A program made the translations under genes and the position numbers. Under the pieces are notes generated by a model that searched no databases, was not told the DNA's origin, and saw only the letters and a list, made by a program, of their open reading frames with translations. Below, one piece after another: positions 1-9,329 of a stretch of 64,000 nt of DNA. Position 1 is the first letter of the stretch; the number at the start of each line of letters is the position of its first letter. The DNA comes from Alphaproteobacteria bacterium. Lineage in GTDB: Bacteria > Pseudomonadota > Alphaproteobacteria > Rs-D84. The DNA lies in assembly GCA_017502865.1 (NCBI GenBank), contig JAFVUD010000005.1:208007-272006 (forward strand), written 5' to 3'.

Positions 1-1126
<1,126 letters not shown>

Positions 1127-1147
1127 CTAATAAAAATCTACCCCAAA

Positions 1148-1176
1148 ATAATACTCTCATTTTTTTCCCAAGGCAA
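1148..1176 (-). promoter_or_regulatory. sigma70-like promoter for nifJ (TTGCCT, 17 nt spacer, TATTAT)
   Basis: On the minus strand, the reverse complement of aggcaa (1171-1176) and ataata (1148-1153) gives -35 and -10 hexamers with a 17-nt spacer, about 35 nt upstream of the start codon. Confidence 0.45.
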
Positions 1177-1267
1177 GATTTATTGTGCTTTTTACCATTG
1201 ACAAATAAAGGTCTGTGCGATTGGATTATCACAGATTTTGGCGACATTATTGGTCGCAGCCGTTAAT

Positions 1268-1294
1268 AAAAATCCCCCAAACGGGGGATTTTTT
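1268..1294 (-). terminator. intrinsic terminator of ctpA
   Basis: AAAAATCCCCC-AAAC-GGGGGATTTTTT hairpin overlapping the ctpA stop codon, with A and T tracts on both sides. Confidence 0.75.
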
Positions 1295-2702
1295 ATTTGT
1301 CTTTTTCATTATCCAACGCATCTGTTGGTGTCATATTCTGGCGTGATTGCATTTTTGACATCGCAACAACCATACCCATTGCACGTTGCAACTGATAATC
1401 CAACGCATCTTTTTCTTCGTCGGTCAATTCTTCGTATGGTGTTTCTTCGTCTTCTTCATCCACATCTTTGTTTTTATCAGCCTTTTTCTTGTTTTTCTTT
1501 TTGGACTGATCATTTTTTAATGAATTCTTAAAAGATGCTTCTGAATACATACTTTCTTTCTTTTCCAGAACTTCCACCTTGGAATGCAACACTTCTACGT
1601 CTGGGGTGATACCTTCATTTTGAATTGAACGGCCGCTTGGTGTGTAATAGCGGGCAATTGTAATATGAATGGCGGTTCCATCACCCAATGGCTTTTGCTG
1701 CTGAACACTGCCCTTGCCAAAAGACTGTGATCCCATAACCAAACCACGCCCATTATCCTGCAATGCACCTGCAACAATTTCAGATGCGGATGCCGACCCA
1801 TGATTAATTAAAACAACCACCGGCTTTCCATTAACCATATCGCCCGGTGTTGCATACACACGTTCAATATCCGTCTTCTGTTTGCCGCGCGTTGAAACAA
1901 TTTCACCACTTTCCATAAACGCATCAGACACATCAATCGCAGCCGTCAAATATCCACCTGGATTATTACGCACGTCCAGAACATATCCAACAACCTTCTT
2001 GCTTTCCATTTCTTTCAGTGCCTTTTTCAAATCACGTGATGTTGTTGCACCAAAATCAGAAATTCTAATATATCCAATACGTGGCGTGTCTTTATCTTCT
2101 GCATCTGCCCCAGCCAACATTTTTTCTTTGGCCTTGACCGATTCCACCTTGATAATTGCACGTTTCAACGTCAAATCTTTTGGTTCACCATCTTCGGAAA
2201 CAACGGTTAATTTAACCTTGGTCCCTGGACGACCCTTCATCTTTTTAACTGCCTGATTCAATGTTAAATCAAAGACTTGTTCACCATCAATATGTGTAAT
2301 ATAGTCACCTGCTTTGATACCCGCCTTGTCTGCTGGCGTATCATCCAGTGGCGAAATTACACGCACCGCCCCACGGTCACTGGTAATTTGAATCCCCAAA
2401 CCACCAAATTCACCCTGGGATTTATCACTAAATTCCTTGAAATCGTCCAGCGACAAATACGAAGAATGCGGATCCAGTGCCCCCAGCATACCATTCATGG
2501 CCGCTTCCAACATCTTTTTTTCATCGGCTTCTTCTACGAAATTTTCCCGTGCCACTTCAAAAATCATGGCCAGTTTTTTCATTTCCTGATAAATCTGTTC
2601 ATCTGTCAAATGAACAATAGGCTCTTCTTTTTTCTTTTTTTCTGCCCCATTTGCCATCATTGGGGTCAACACAGCCATTAAAACCAGTAATTTTTTAAGC
2701 AT
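1293..2702 (-). CDS. ctpA: carboxy-terminal processing protease (S41 peptidase, PDZ domain)
   Basis: Signal peptide MLKKLLVLMAVLTPMMANGA. PDZ segment GGLGIQITSDRGAVRVISPLDDTPADKAGIKAGDYITHIDGE. S41 core NHGSASASEIVAGALQDNGRGLVMGSQSFGKGSVQ. K/E/D-rich C-terminal tail. Confidence 0.93.
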   Translation of the reverse strand: MLKKLLVLMAVLTPMMANGAEKKKKEEPIVHLTDEQIYQEMKKLAMIFEVARENFVEEADEKKMLEAAMNGMLGALDPHSSYLSLDDFKEFSDKSQGEFGGLGIQITSDRGAVRVISPLDDTPADKAGIKAGDYITHIDGEQVFDLTLNQAVKKMKGRPGTKVKLTVVSEDGEPKDLTLKRAIIKVESVKAKEKMLAGADAEDKDTPRIGYIRISDFGATTSRDLKKALKEMESKKVVGYVLDVRNNPGGYLTAAIDVSDAFMESGEIVSTRGKQKTDIERVYATPGDMVNGKPVVVLINHGSASASEIVAGALQDNGRGLVMGSQSFGKGSVQQQKPLGDGTAIHITIARYYTPSGRSIQNEGITPDVEVLHSKVEVLEKKESMYSEASFKNSLKNDQSKKKNKKKADKNKDVDEEDEETPYEELTDEEKDALDYQLQRAMGMVVAMSKMQSRQNMTPTDALDNEKDK

Positions 2703-2795
2703 TTTTCACCCTTTCACTTCGTTATGGGCTCAGCATAGAACAAATACCCAAAATCCGCAACACGATTTTTTAATTAATACAAAATCACAAAAAAC

Positions 2796-2825
2796 TTGAC
2801 AAATATATTTTAAGGATTATATAAT
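2796..2825 (+). promoter_or_regulatory. near-consensus sigma70 promoter of the Fic/kinase cassette (TTGACA, 18 nt spacer, TATAAT)
   Basis: ttgaca at 2796-2801 and tataat at 2820-2825. The ATG at 2862 is preceded by a GGGGGTG SD. Confidence 0.6.
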
Positions 2826-2861
2826 TAGTATAAAAAGAACATCTAATAATGGGGGTGTCTC

Positions 2862-3587
2862 ATGACAAAAACGCCAAAGATTAGAAAAAGAATTGAACAG
2901 AATCGCATCACTATAACCCAGATGTTATCTGGGGCGACTTCTACTAAACGATTGAACAACCTGAATTGGTTGTGCCACGAAATCGCATACGAAGAACCAA
3001 AAATTCTGTTTTTCATGTCGGCCAAGGAACAAAAACCATACTTGGACTATACATACATGCAGAACATTGACGTTGCATACAATTATACATTGCACAACCC
3101 AGACACCCCAATCGATGCAATTGAAATTTGCAAAATCCACAGCATGCTGTGTGCAAACACTAATATCCAGGGCGGTCTGTTCCGTACTTCACCAAAAATC
3201 GTTGAAATTACTGTCAACGGCATGCGCATGCACGCCCCGGACCCATCAGAAATCATGAGCAAACTGAACATGATTGTCTATAAATTAAACAACAGCAGTG
3301 CCGACGTTTTAACACGTGCATTTTCATTACACTATGATTTGATTGCCCTGCAACCATTTGACGACTTTAACAAACGCACCGCCCGTTTGGTAATGAACTG
3401 GTTCTTGGTACAAAATGGTTATCGTCCGGTTGTATTTAACAACAAATCAGACAAACGTAAATATATCGAAGCCATCACCGCATACGCCAACGGCGATCGT
3501 AAACGCTATATGGCATTTATGCAGGCATGCCTGGTCCGTACCCAGGAACAGTTAATAAACGTAATACATAAATCCAAGGTGTTATAA
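2862..3587 (+). CDS. Fic/DOC-fold protein with a degenerate active-site motif
   Basis: The region SLHYDLIALQPFDDFNKRTARLVMNWFLVQNGYRP aligns with the Fic core HPFx[DE]GNGRxxR but reads QPFDDFNKRTAR (3351-3386). His is replaced by Gln and both Gly residues are replaced. Confidence 0.7.
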   Translation: MTKTPKIRKRIEQNRITITQMLSGATSTKRLNNLNWLCHEIAYEEPKILFFMSAKEQKPYLDYTYMQNIDVAYNYTLHNPDTPIDAIEICKIHSMLCANTNIQGGLFRTSPKIVEITVNGMRMHAPDPSEIMSKLNMIVYKLNNSSADVLTRAFSLHYDLIALQPFDDFNKRTARLVMNWFLVQNGYRPVVFNNKSDKRKYIEAITAYANGDRKRYMAFMQACLVRTQEQLINVIHKSKVL

Positions 3588-3589
3588 CA

Positions 3590-4516
3590 ATGGACGACAA
3601 ACTGCAAAATCTTGTTCATGGCCGTGAAACATACGTTGTATATTATGGGCCCGACTATATTTTGAAACGCCCATTACCAACAACATTGGATGCCGACAAA
3701 CCAAAATGGTTGGCCAAACAGCATCGCACCAAAGAAACAATTGATCTGATTCGTTCCATCGGCAATCCTCGTTATAACATCCCAGAAATGAAATTCATTA
3801 ACAACGACGAATTCCAGATTCTAGAAGAACGTGCCCATGGATATCCATTGACCCCCGAATTATTCCGCAACCTGAATACACGTCAACGTTATGAAATCAT
3901 CGACAGTATTGCTTCATTCTTGGTTGACATGAATGAATCACGCAAGGTCAGCGAACTGACCCAACACAAAATTGCAAATGATATCAAGTTTTCACGCCTG
4001 ACTAAATTCGTTGATGAAAAAATGGATAATTGGTTCACAGCGGACGAAACAAAAACATTGGCCCGCATCCGTGACGAAGTTGGCACATTTGAATACGACA
4101 CCCGCACTGCATGGTCACATGGCGATTTGAATTCTGGCAACGTATTATACGACCCATTAAGCAGTACTATTTCATTCATCGACTTTGCCGAAGCAGACTA
4201 TCGTTTTATCTATCGTGATATCTTTTCACCATTACAGATTGAACTGGACATTTGGAATCCTGTGTACGAAGCATACACAAAATTGCATAACAAATCATTG
4301 TACGAAATCCCCAGCCCACGCAGCGACAAATTACGTACCATTATGAAATATCGCATTATTTGCGTATTGCTGCGTCGCATAATCAAGGCTTCGGATGATT
4401 TACGTGCAACCCCTCAATCTGACAAAGGTCGCACAAATAACCTGAACAAAGTGAACTTTATTCGTCAACAAATGAAGAATATCGAATACATTGAACAGGC
4501 AATCAAAACAAAATAA
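3590..4516 (+). CDS. APH/choline-kinase-type phosphotransferase (protein-kinase-like fold)
   Basis: Brenner-type catalytic loop HGDLNSGN (4118-4141), followed by ISFIDFAEADY (a DFG-like metal-binding Asp). N-terminal YVVYYGPDYILKRP supplies the Lys. The start lies 2 nt after the Fic stop. Confidence 0.7.
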   Translation: MDDKLQNLVHGRETYVVYYGPDYILKRPLPTTLDADKPKWLAKQHRTKETIDLIRSIGNPRYNIPEMKFINNDEFQILEERAHGYPLTPELFRNLNTRQRYEIIDSIASFLVDMNESRKVSELTQHKIANDIKFSRLTKFVDEKMDNWFTADETKTLARIRDEVGTFEYDTRTAWSHGDLNSGNVLYDPLSSTISFIDFAEADYRFIYRDIFSPLQIELDIWNPVYEAYTKLHNKSLYEIPSPRSDKLRTIMKYRIICVLLRRIIKASDDLRATPQSDKGRTNNLNKVNFIRQQMKNIEYIEQAIKTK

Positions 4517-4540
4517 AAACGCCCCGATTGGGGCATTTTT
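4516..4540. terminator. bidirectional intrinsic terminator between the kinase gene and the envC-like gene
   Basis: AAAAACGCCCC-GATT-GGGGCATTTTT sits between convergent genes and overlaps the stop of the minus-strand gene. Confidence 0.75.
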
Positions 4541-5612
4541 ATTCTTCTTTGAACAATCGGGCCGGGTCAACTGCACTGTTTCCACGCCGCACCTCTAAAT
4601 ACATTTCTGGCTTATCTGGATTCATACGACCAATTGGTTCCCCCGCCAAAACTTCCTGTTCCAGCATCACATCAATATTCCCCAGATTTGTCATAACTGT
4701 ATTATATCCATTCTTGTGCGACATAATAACCACTTTGCCAAAACCACGGAAACTGTCTGCAAATTTCACAACACCATCGGCCGGTGCCAGAACCAACGCA
4801 TCACCACGTGTACGAATTCGCCACCCATCCGATTTCAATCCCAACGCAGTCTTTTCTGCGAAACGCACGACAACCTTGCCCCGAACAGGCAAATTTAATT
4901 TTCTGCGTGAAAAACGTGAATCTGCTGACATCTGTGAACTTCCAACCCCCGCTGACAATTCTGAAATACTTTTTGCCCGTTCCGACAATTCCCGCAGTTT
5001 TTTCTTTAAAGCTGTATGCTGATTTTTCAACTTTTCATTCTGTGCACTGCGTGTTTTCAATAACTTGTCTAATTCTGTCTTTTCCTTGGCATACTTCTTG
5101 GCGGTTCGGTCCAGTTTTTCTTTTTCAATGGCCCGCTTGTTTCTAATATCTTCTAATTCTGCAATTTGTTTATTCGCACGTTGAATTTCCTCTTCAAACC
5201 GTTCTGCCGCACCCGACAACACCGCCGAAGTCAGCACATATTCCCGCATATTATCTGTATCAAAACTGGGATGCGATGCAACAAACAGAATACTGGCGGC
5301 GGCATCGGCAATACGTCCCTGGTTTTGTTCCATTTCCCGGGAAATTTTATCACGCTTTGCATCTAATTCTGCAATTTTCTTGGCCACTGCCGACCGTTGG
5401 TCTTCCAGTGTACTAACCTTGTCCGCAGCCTTGACCAATTTCTTTTTGGTTTGGGACACTTCACGGGTCGATGCCTTGACCTGTTCTTCTAATTTTTTAT
5501 TCTGCTGTTCTGTCTGCTTAATCTGGGCATTTATTTTGGACAGTTCACTGGCCCCCATCACAGGGCCCGTGAACACAAATAACACAGAAATCAAAGCGAT
5601 GATTTTCTTCAT
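4539..5612 (-). CDS. envC: coiled-coil murein hydrolase activator, EnvC-like (degenerate LytM/M23 domain)
   Basis: Signal peptide followed by a long Q/K/E-rich coiled coil. The C-terminal LytM fold reads APADGVVKFADSFRGFGKVVIMSHKNGYNTVMTNLG...EMYLEVRRGNSAVDP. The metal-binding HxxxD and HxH positions are not conserved (DGWRIR and EMYLEV). Confidence 0.8.
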   Translation of the reverse strand: MKKIIALISVLFVFTGPVMGASELSKINAQIKQTEQQNKKLEEQVKASTREVSQTKKKLVKAADKVSTLEDQRSAVAKKIAELDAKRDKISREMEQNQGRIADAAASILFVASHPSFDTDNMREYVLTSAVLSGAAERFEEEIQRANKQIAELEDIRNKRAIEKEKLDRTAKKYAKEKTELDKLLKTRSAQNEKLKNQHTALKKKLRELSERAKSISELSAGVGSSQMSADSRFSRRKLNLPVRGKVVVRFAEKTALGLKSDGWRIRTRGDALVLAPADGVVKFADSFRGFGKVVIMSHKNGYNTVMTNLGNIDVMLEQEVLAGEPIGRMNPDKPEMYLEVRRGNSAVDPARLFKEE

Positions 5613-6820
5613 TATTTCTTAATAACTTTCAAGAATGTCTTTTTACCCTTTTGCACCATAAATTCATCGGCAACGGCAACGACAAATTTTGGATCTGTAA
5701 TTTTTTCGCCATTTAACTGAATACCACCCTGTTCCACCATACGGCGTGCTTCTGATTTTGATGGGAACAACCCTGTTGTGATTAAGAAATCCAAGATTCC
5801 CATATCACCCGCCATTTCAATTTCAACTGTTGGCATATTATCCAAATTTGCACCACCACCAAACAACGCCGCTGCGGTTTCTTCGGCCTGAACTGCGGCA
5901 TCACGTCCATGTGCAATCTCGGTTGCAGCGAATGCCAGTACCTTTTTCGCTTCGTTTAATTCCGCCCCTTGCAATGCGGCCAAACGTGCAATTTCATCCA
6001 ATGGAATTTCTGTAAATATTTTCAAGAAAGTTTCCACTAAATCATCTGACACATTGCGGAAATACTGATAGTATTCATATGGCGACGTTTTGTCTTCATT
6101 TACCCAAACAGCATTACCCGCCGATTTTCCAATTTTATTTCCATTTGCATCTGTAATCAGTGACGTAGACAAAACGAATGCTTCTTTGCCCAACTTTTTA
6201 CGGATTAATTCGATACCCATAATCGAATTTCCCCATTGGTCTGCCCCACAGAATTGCAACACACAATTATGCTTTTTATATAATTCCAAGAAATCCACCG
6301 CCTGGAAAGTCATATAATTGAATTCCAAGAATGTCATTCCATTATCCAATCTGCGTTTTACAGATTCCATTGACAACATACGTGGCACTGTAAAATCTGT
6401 CCCAAAATCACGCAAGAAATCCAAGTGGCTGTAATTCTTCATCCAATCATAGTTATCAACCATAATCGCATTGCCATCGTCAAAGTTAATGAATTTTTCA
6501 ATAGACTTACGCAACCCTGCACAGTTCTTTTCAATCTGTTCATCGGTCAGCATTGGCCGCCCCTTGTCACGCCCCGACGGGTCACCAATACGTCCCGTTG
6601 CACCACCGACCAATGTAATTGGTTTGTGTCCATATTTCTGGAACCAGCGCATCAACATCAACGACGCCAAATGTCCCACATGCAGTGAATCACCCGTTGG
6701 GTCTGTTCCCCAATATGCGGCAATTTTACCCGCATTCAACGCTTCATTTAATCCATCCATATTTGACGCCTGGTTTATAAACCCGCGTGCTTCTAATTCA
6801 CGTAATAATTCATTCTGCAT
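5612..6820 (-). CDS. tyrS: tyrosine--tRNA ligase
   Basis: HVGH (HIGH) motif in DPTGDSLHVGHLASLM, a KIGKS (KMSKS) motif, and a C-terminal S4-like domain. The stop overlaps the envC-like start by 1 nt (TAATG). Confidence 0.95.
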   Translation of the reverse strand: MQNELLRELEARGFINQASNMDGLNEALNAGKIAAYWGTDPTGDSLHVGHLASLMLMRWFQKYGHKPITLVGGATGRIGDPSGRDKGRPMLTDEQIEKNCAGLRKSIEKFINFDDGNAIMVDNYDWMKNYSHLDFLRDFGTDFTVPRMLSMESVKRRLDNGMTFLEFNYMTFQAVDFLELYKKHNCVLQFCGADQWGNSIMGIELIRKKLGKEAFVLSTSLITDANGNKIGKSAGNAVWVNEDKTSPYEYYQYFRNVSDDLVETFLKIFTEIPLDEIARLAALQGAELNEAKKVLAFAATEIAHGRDAAVQAEETAAALFGGGANLDNMPTVEIEMAGDMGILDFLITTGLFPSKSEARRMVEQGGIQLNGEKITDPKFVVAVADEFMVQKGKKTFLKVIKK

Positions 6821-6896
6821 AATTTTATTTCCCTTATCAGGAAAAATGATAACACGGATTTAGCCCCCATGCAACCATGGGACAAAAATATTTATT

Positions 6897-7871
6897 CTAC
6901 ATTTTATAAATTCTCAGGAACGATGTCTCGCTGGTCCCGGTTGAGCCCGAACCACCATCCCCACCATCGGCATAAAATGCCGAGTTAGACGTTCCATACA
7001 CACCGCCGCCGCCGCCACCGCCGCCATATGATATTGCAACCTGGCCACCACACGAAAACGACACATTTGCCCCACCGACACCACCACTGGCCGTATTTAA
7101 CGCAGTACATTTATATGTAGCACACGAACTTACATCGCCACCATTACCACCACCAACATCACTGCCATCGGTACCAACATTCATATACATTGCGTCATCT
7201 GGGAAAGTCCCCTTATACTGCCACCCGGTTCCGCCCAAATCACTTGGGGCGCCACCACCACCGCCACCAACACCATATGTTTCAGTACCATTGATTGTGT
7301 ACCCACGATATGCATTGACATTACCACTTAAATCCGAACGTCCACCCGACCCGTTACCAATCGCTGTCGCCGTTCTAGAATACGCACGATTTATCACATT
7401 ATTGTTCACAGGAATAGTACATGTATTACCTTCGCCCCCATCGGCACGCCATGCACGATTACCCACCACCAACAGGCTATCTACACCCGATGCACCACCA
7501 CCGAATGTACCGTATCGTCCACTGGAAACATTCACGCCACCTGGATTTCCATCACCACCACGCAACGCATATGCCGTTGTTGGTTCCGACAGTGAAAACA
7601 GTGCCGACACAATTGATGTTTCGGATTGTGCCACATAGTCAACACAGTATTCATTTGCCACACCAACACCCCCACGCAACTCTGCACGATAACACCCCGG
7701 TTCCAGCACAATTTCATTACATGTATTAAAATTCGTCACTTCAAAGACCAGTTCTTCTGTTCCCGACATAACACACGACCCCTGTGGCACTTCATTAGCA
7801 GCCATGTACACGTCCCCACTGGGCCCCGTGATATACAACGCTTGTGCTAAAAATACCATCGGCAAAAACAT
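6897..7871 (-). CDS. glycine-rich repeat protein (paralog 1)
   Basis: GCYRAELRGGVGV...AYALRGGDGNPGG...GGGASGVDSLLVVGNR...GGANVSFSCGGQVAISYGGGGGGGG...GGSGSTGTSETSFLRIYKM. It lies in tandem with, and is collinear to, the next gene. Confidence 0.7.
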   Translation of the reverse strand: MFLPMVFLAQALYITGPSGDVYMAANEVPQGSCVMSGTEELVFEVTNFNTCNEIVLEPGCYRAELRGGVGVANEYCVDYVAQSETSIVSALFSLSEPTTAYALRGGDGNPGGVNVSSGRYGTFGGGASGVDSLLVVGNRAWRADGGEGNTCTIPVNNNVINRAYSRTATAIGNGSGGRSDLSGNVNAYRGYTINGTETYGVGGGGGGAPSDLGGTGWQYKGTFPDDAMYMNVGTDGSDVGGGNGGDVSSCATYKCTALNTASGGVGGANVSFSCGGQVAISYGGGGGGGGVYGTSNSAFYADGGDGGSGSTGTSETSFLRIYKM

Positions 7872-7886
7872 AGTCTTTCTTGCTCT

Positions 7887-8897
7887 TTATCCTATCTTAT
7901 ATATTTTTACAAAACTGCTGGTGCTGGTCCCGGTTGAACCCGAACCACCATTTCCGCCATCGACACAATCCGTATCACACCATGATCCCGAATTGTTACA
8001 TGTTGACGTCACCGGGAAAAAGCACATTGCCCCACCGCCACCACCACCATATGATGTTGCAACCTGGCCACCACACGAAAACGACACATTTGCACCACCA
8101 ATTCCACCATATCCGACATTCTTGGTCAAACTGTCGCCCGCTGTATTTGTCGCATTGCCACCATTGCCACCACCGGTCGATGTGCCCGCCACGCCCGCAC
8201 CCAAGAAACTGTACGCTGAATTAGCAGCACCCGCCATTCCGCCACCATTGGCATTTGATCCACCGCCACCGGCGGCACAATATCCACGTGCCTGATATTT
8301 AACAGTCGACCCGGCATTAATAGTGACATCTGGGTAAATCCCACCGGCCCCACCATAGCACGAATTAAACAACGCATAACCACCACTGTTCAGCCCGGTC
8401 ACCGTTCCTGAAATACATCGTGTTCCCGAACCACCTGTGGCACGAATAACACGATTTCCCACCACCAACAGGCTATCTACACCCGATGCACCACCACCTG
8501 AAACCTGTTGATTGGCAACCTTGGCACTGTTATTACCATCGCCCCCACGCAGAACATATGCCGTTGTTTCCTGGTTTATTTTGAAAATACTGGACACAAC
8601 ATCACTTTTGAATTTCTGCATACCAATACCCGATGTGCATTTGTACGGTTTTCCACCACTGCCACCACGCAATTCTGCACGATAAATCCCCGCAGCCAGT
8701 GTGACTTCTTGACATGTATTGAATGAAGATTCTTCATAAACCAGCGTTTCCGACCCATCATAAATCCCACCATCAACAGGCACCAATGCAATATGATACA
8801 TTTGGCCATTGGAATTTTTGATATGAATTGCCGGCGAAGTCAGTTGCTGTTCCTGTGCAACAATCTGGACCCCGTCAACTGTCAGAACTGCCATCAT
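7887..8897 (-). CDS. glycine-rich repeat protein (paralog 2)
   Basis: GIYRAELRGGSGG...AYVLRGGDGNN...GGGASGVDSLLVVGNR...GGANVSFSCGGQVATSYGGGGGG...GGSGSTGTSTSSFVKIYKIG. It shares identical DNA tracts with paralog 1. Confidence 0.7.
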   Translation of the reverse strand: MMAVLTVDGVQIVAQEQQLTSPAIHIKNSNGQMYHIALVPVDGGIYDGSETLVYEESSFNTCQEVTLAAGIYRAELRGGSGGKPYKCTSGIGMQKFKSDVVSSIFKINQETTAYVLRGGDGNNSAKVANQQVSGGGASGVDSLLVVGNRVIRATGGSGTRCISGTVTGLNSGGYALFNSCYGGAGGIYPDVTINAGSTVKYQARGYCAAGGGGSNANGGGMAGAANSAYSFLGAGVAGTSTGGGNGGNATNTAGDSLTKNVGYGGIGGANVSFSCGGQVATSYGGGGGGAMCFFPVTSTCNNSGSWCDTDCVDGGNGGSGSTGTSTSSFVKIYKIG

Positions 8898-9023
8898 CTC
8901 TCTCTAAACCGTTCCCTTTATCCACATAAAACAGTTGGCAAATTTGCCTTTTTCACACCTTGATATAACAAATGTTACAAAAAATTCTACATTAAACACA
9001 AGCATTAAAAACAAACAAGGATA

Positions 9024-9049
9024 AAAACACGGGTGCCAAAGCACCCGTG
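9024..9049 (-). terminator. intrinsic terminator after the 52-codon ORF
   Basis: Minus strand reads CACGGGTGC-TTTG-GCACCCGTG followed by TTTTTAT. Confidence 0.75.
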
Positions 9050-9080
9050 ACAAAACTCTGCATGAACAAATGTTCATCGA

Positions 9081-9239
9081 TTATTTTTCAAAAGTGGTAT
9101 TTGTAAAATCAACCCCACGTGCACTTAACGCCGCCCCCAGATCAAAAACCTTGGCTGTGGAACGTCTGAATCCTGCCGCTTGACCTTGTCTTGCAACATT
9201 CTGCATCGCTTCGTTAAAAATACCTTTGTTATCAGTCAT
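9081..9239 (-). CDS. small hypothetical protein (52 aa), below the ORF-track cutoff
   Basis: My translation is MTDNKGIFNEAMQNVARQGQAAGFRRSTAKVFDLGAALSARGVDFTNTTFEK. An AAGAGG SD lies about 8 nt upstream of the ATG, and a strong terminator follows about 30 nt downstream. Confidence 0.5.
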   Translation of the reverse strand: MTDNKGIFNEAMQNVARQGQAAGFRRSTAKVFDLGAALSARGVDFTNTTFEK

Positions 9240-9329
9240 TTTCAATGCCTCTTTCAAAAAACATCTCTCTGACAGTGGACAATATAAACTAACAATCTTT
9301 TTTTGTCAAGTCTTTTTGTCCACTATTTT

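Noticed and set aside
7291-8295. Long Pro/His-rich ORFs (7291-7638, 7421-7729, 7804-8295, 7880-8224) on the plus strand.
   Set aside because: They are the antisense mirror of the GGN-rich glycine codons of the two glycine-rich genes (GGN read backwards gives NCC, Pro). They have no SD or promoter, and they are fully nested in better-supported genes.
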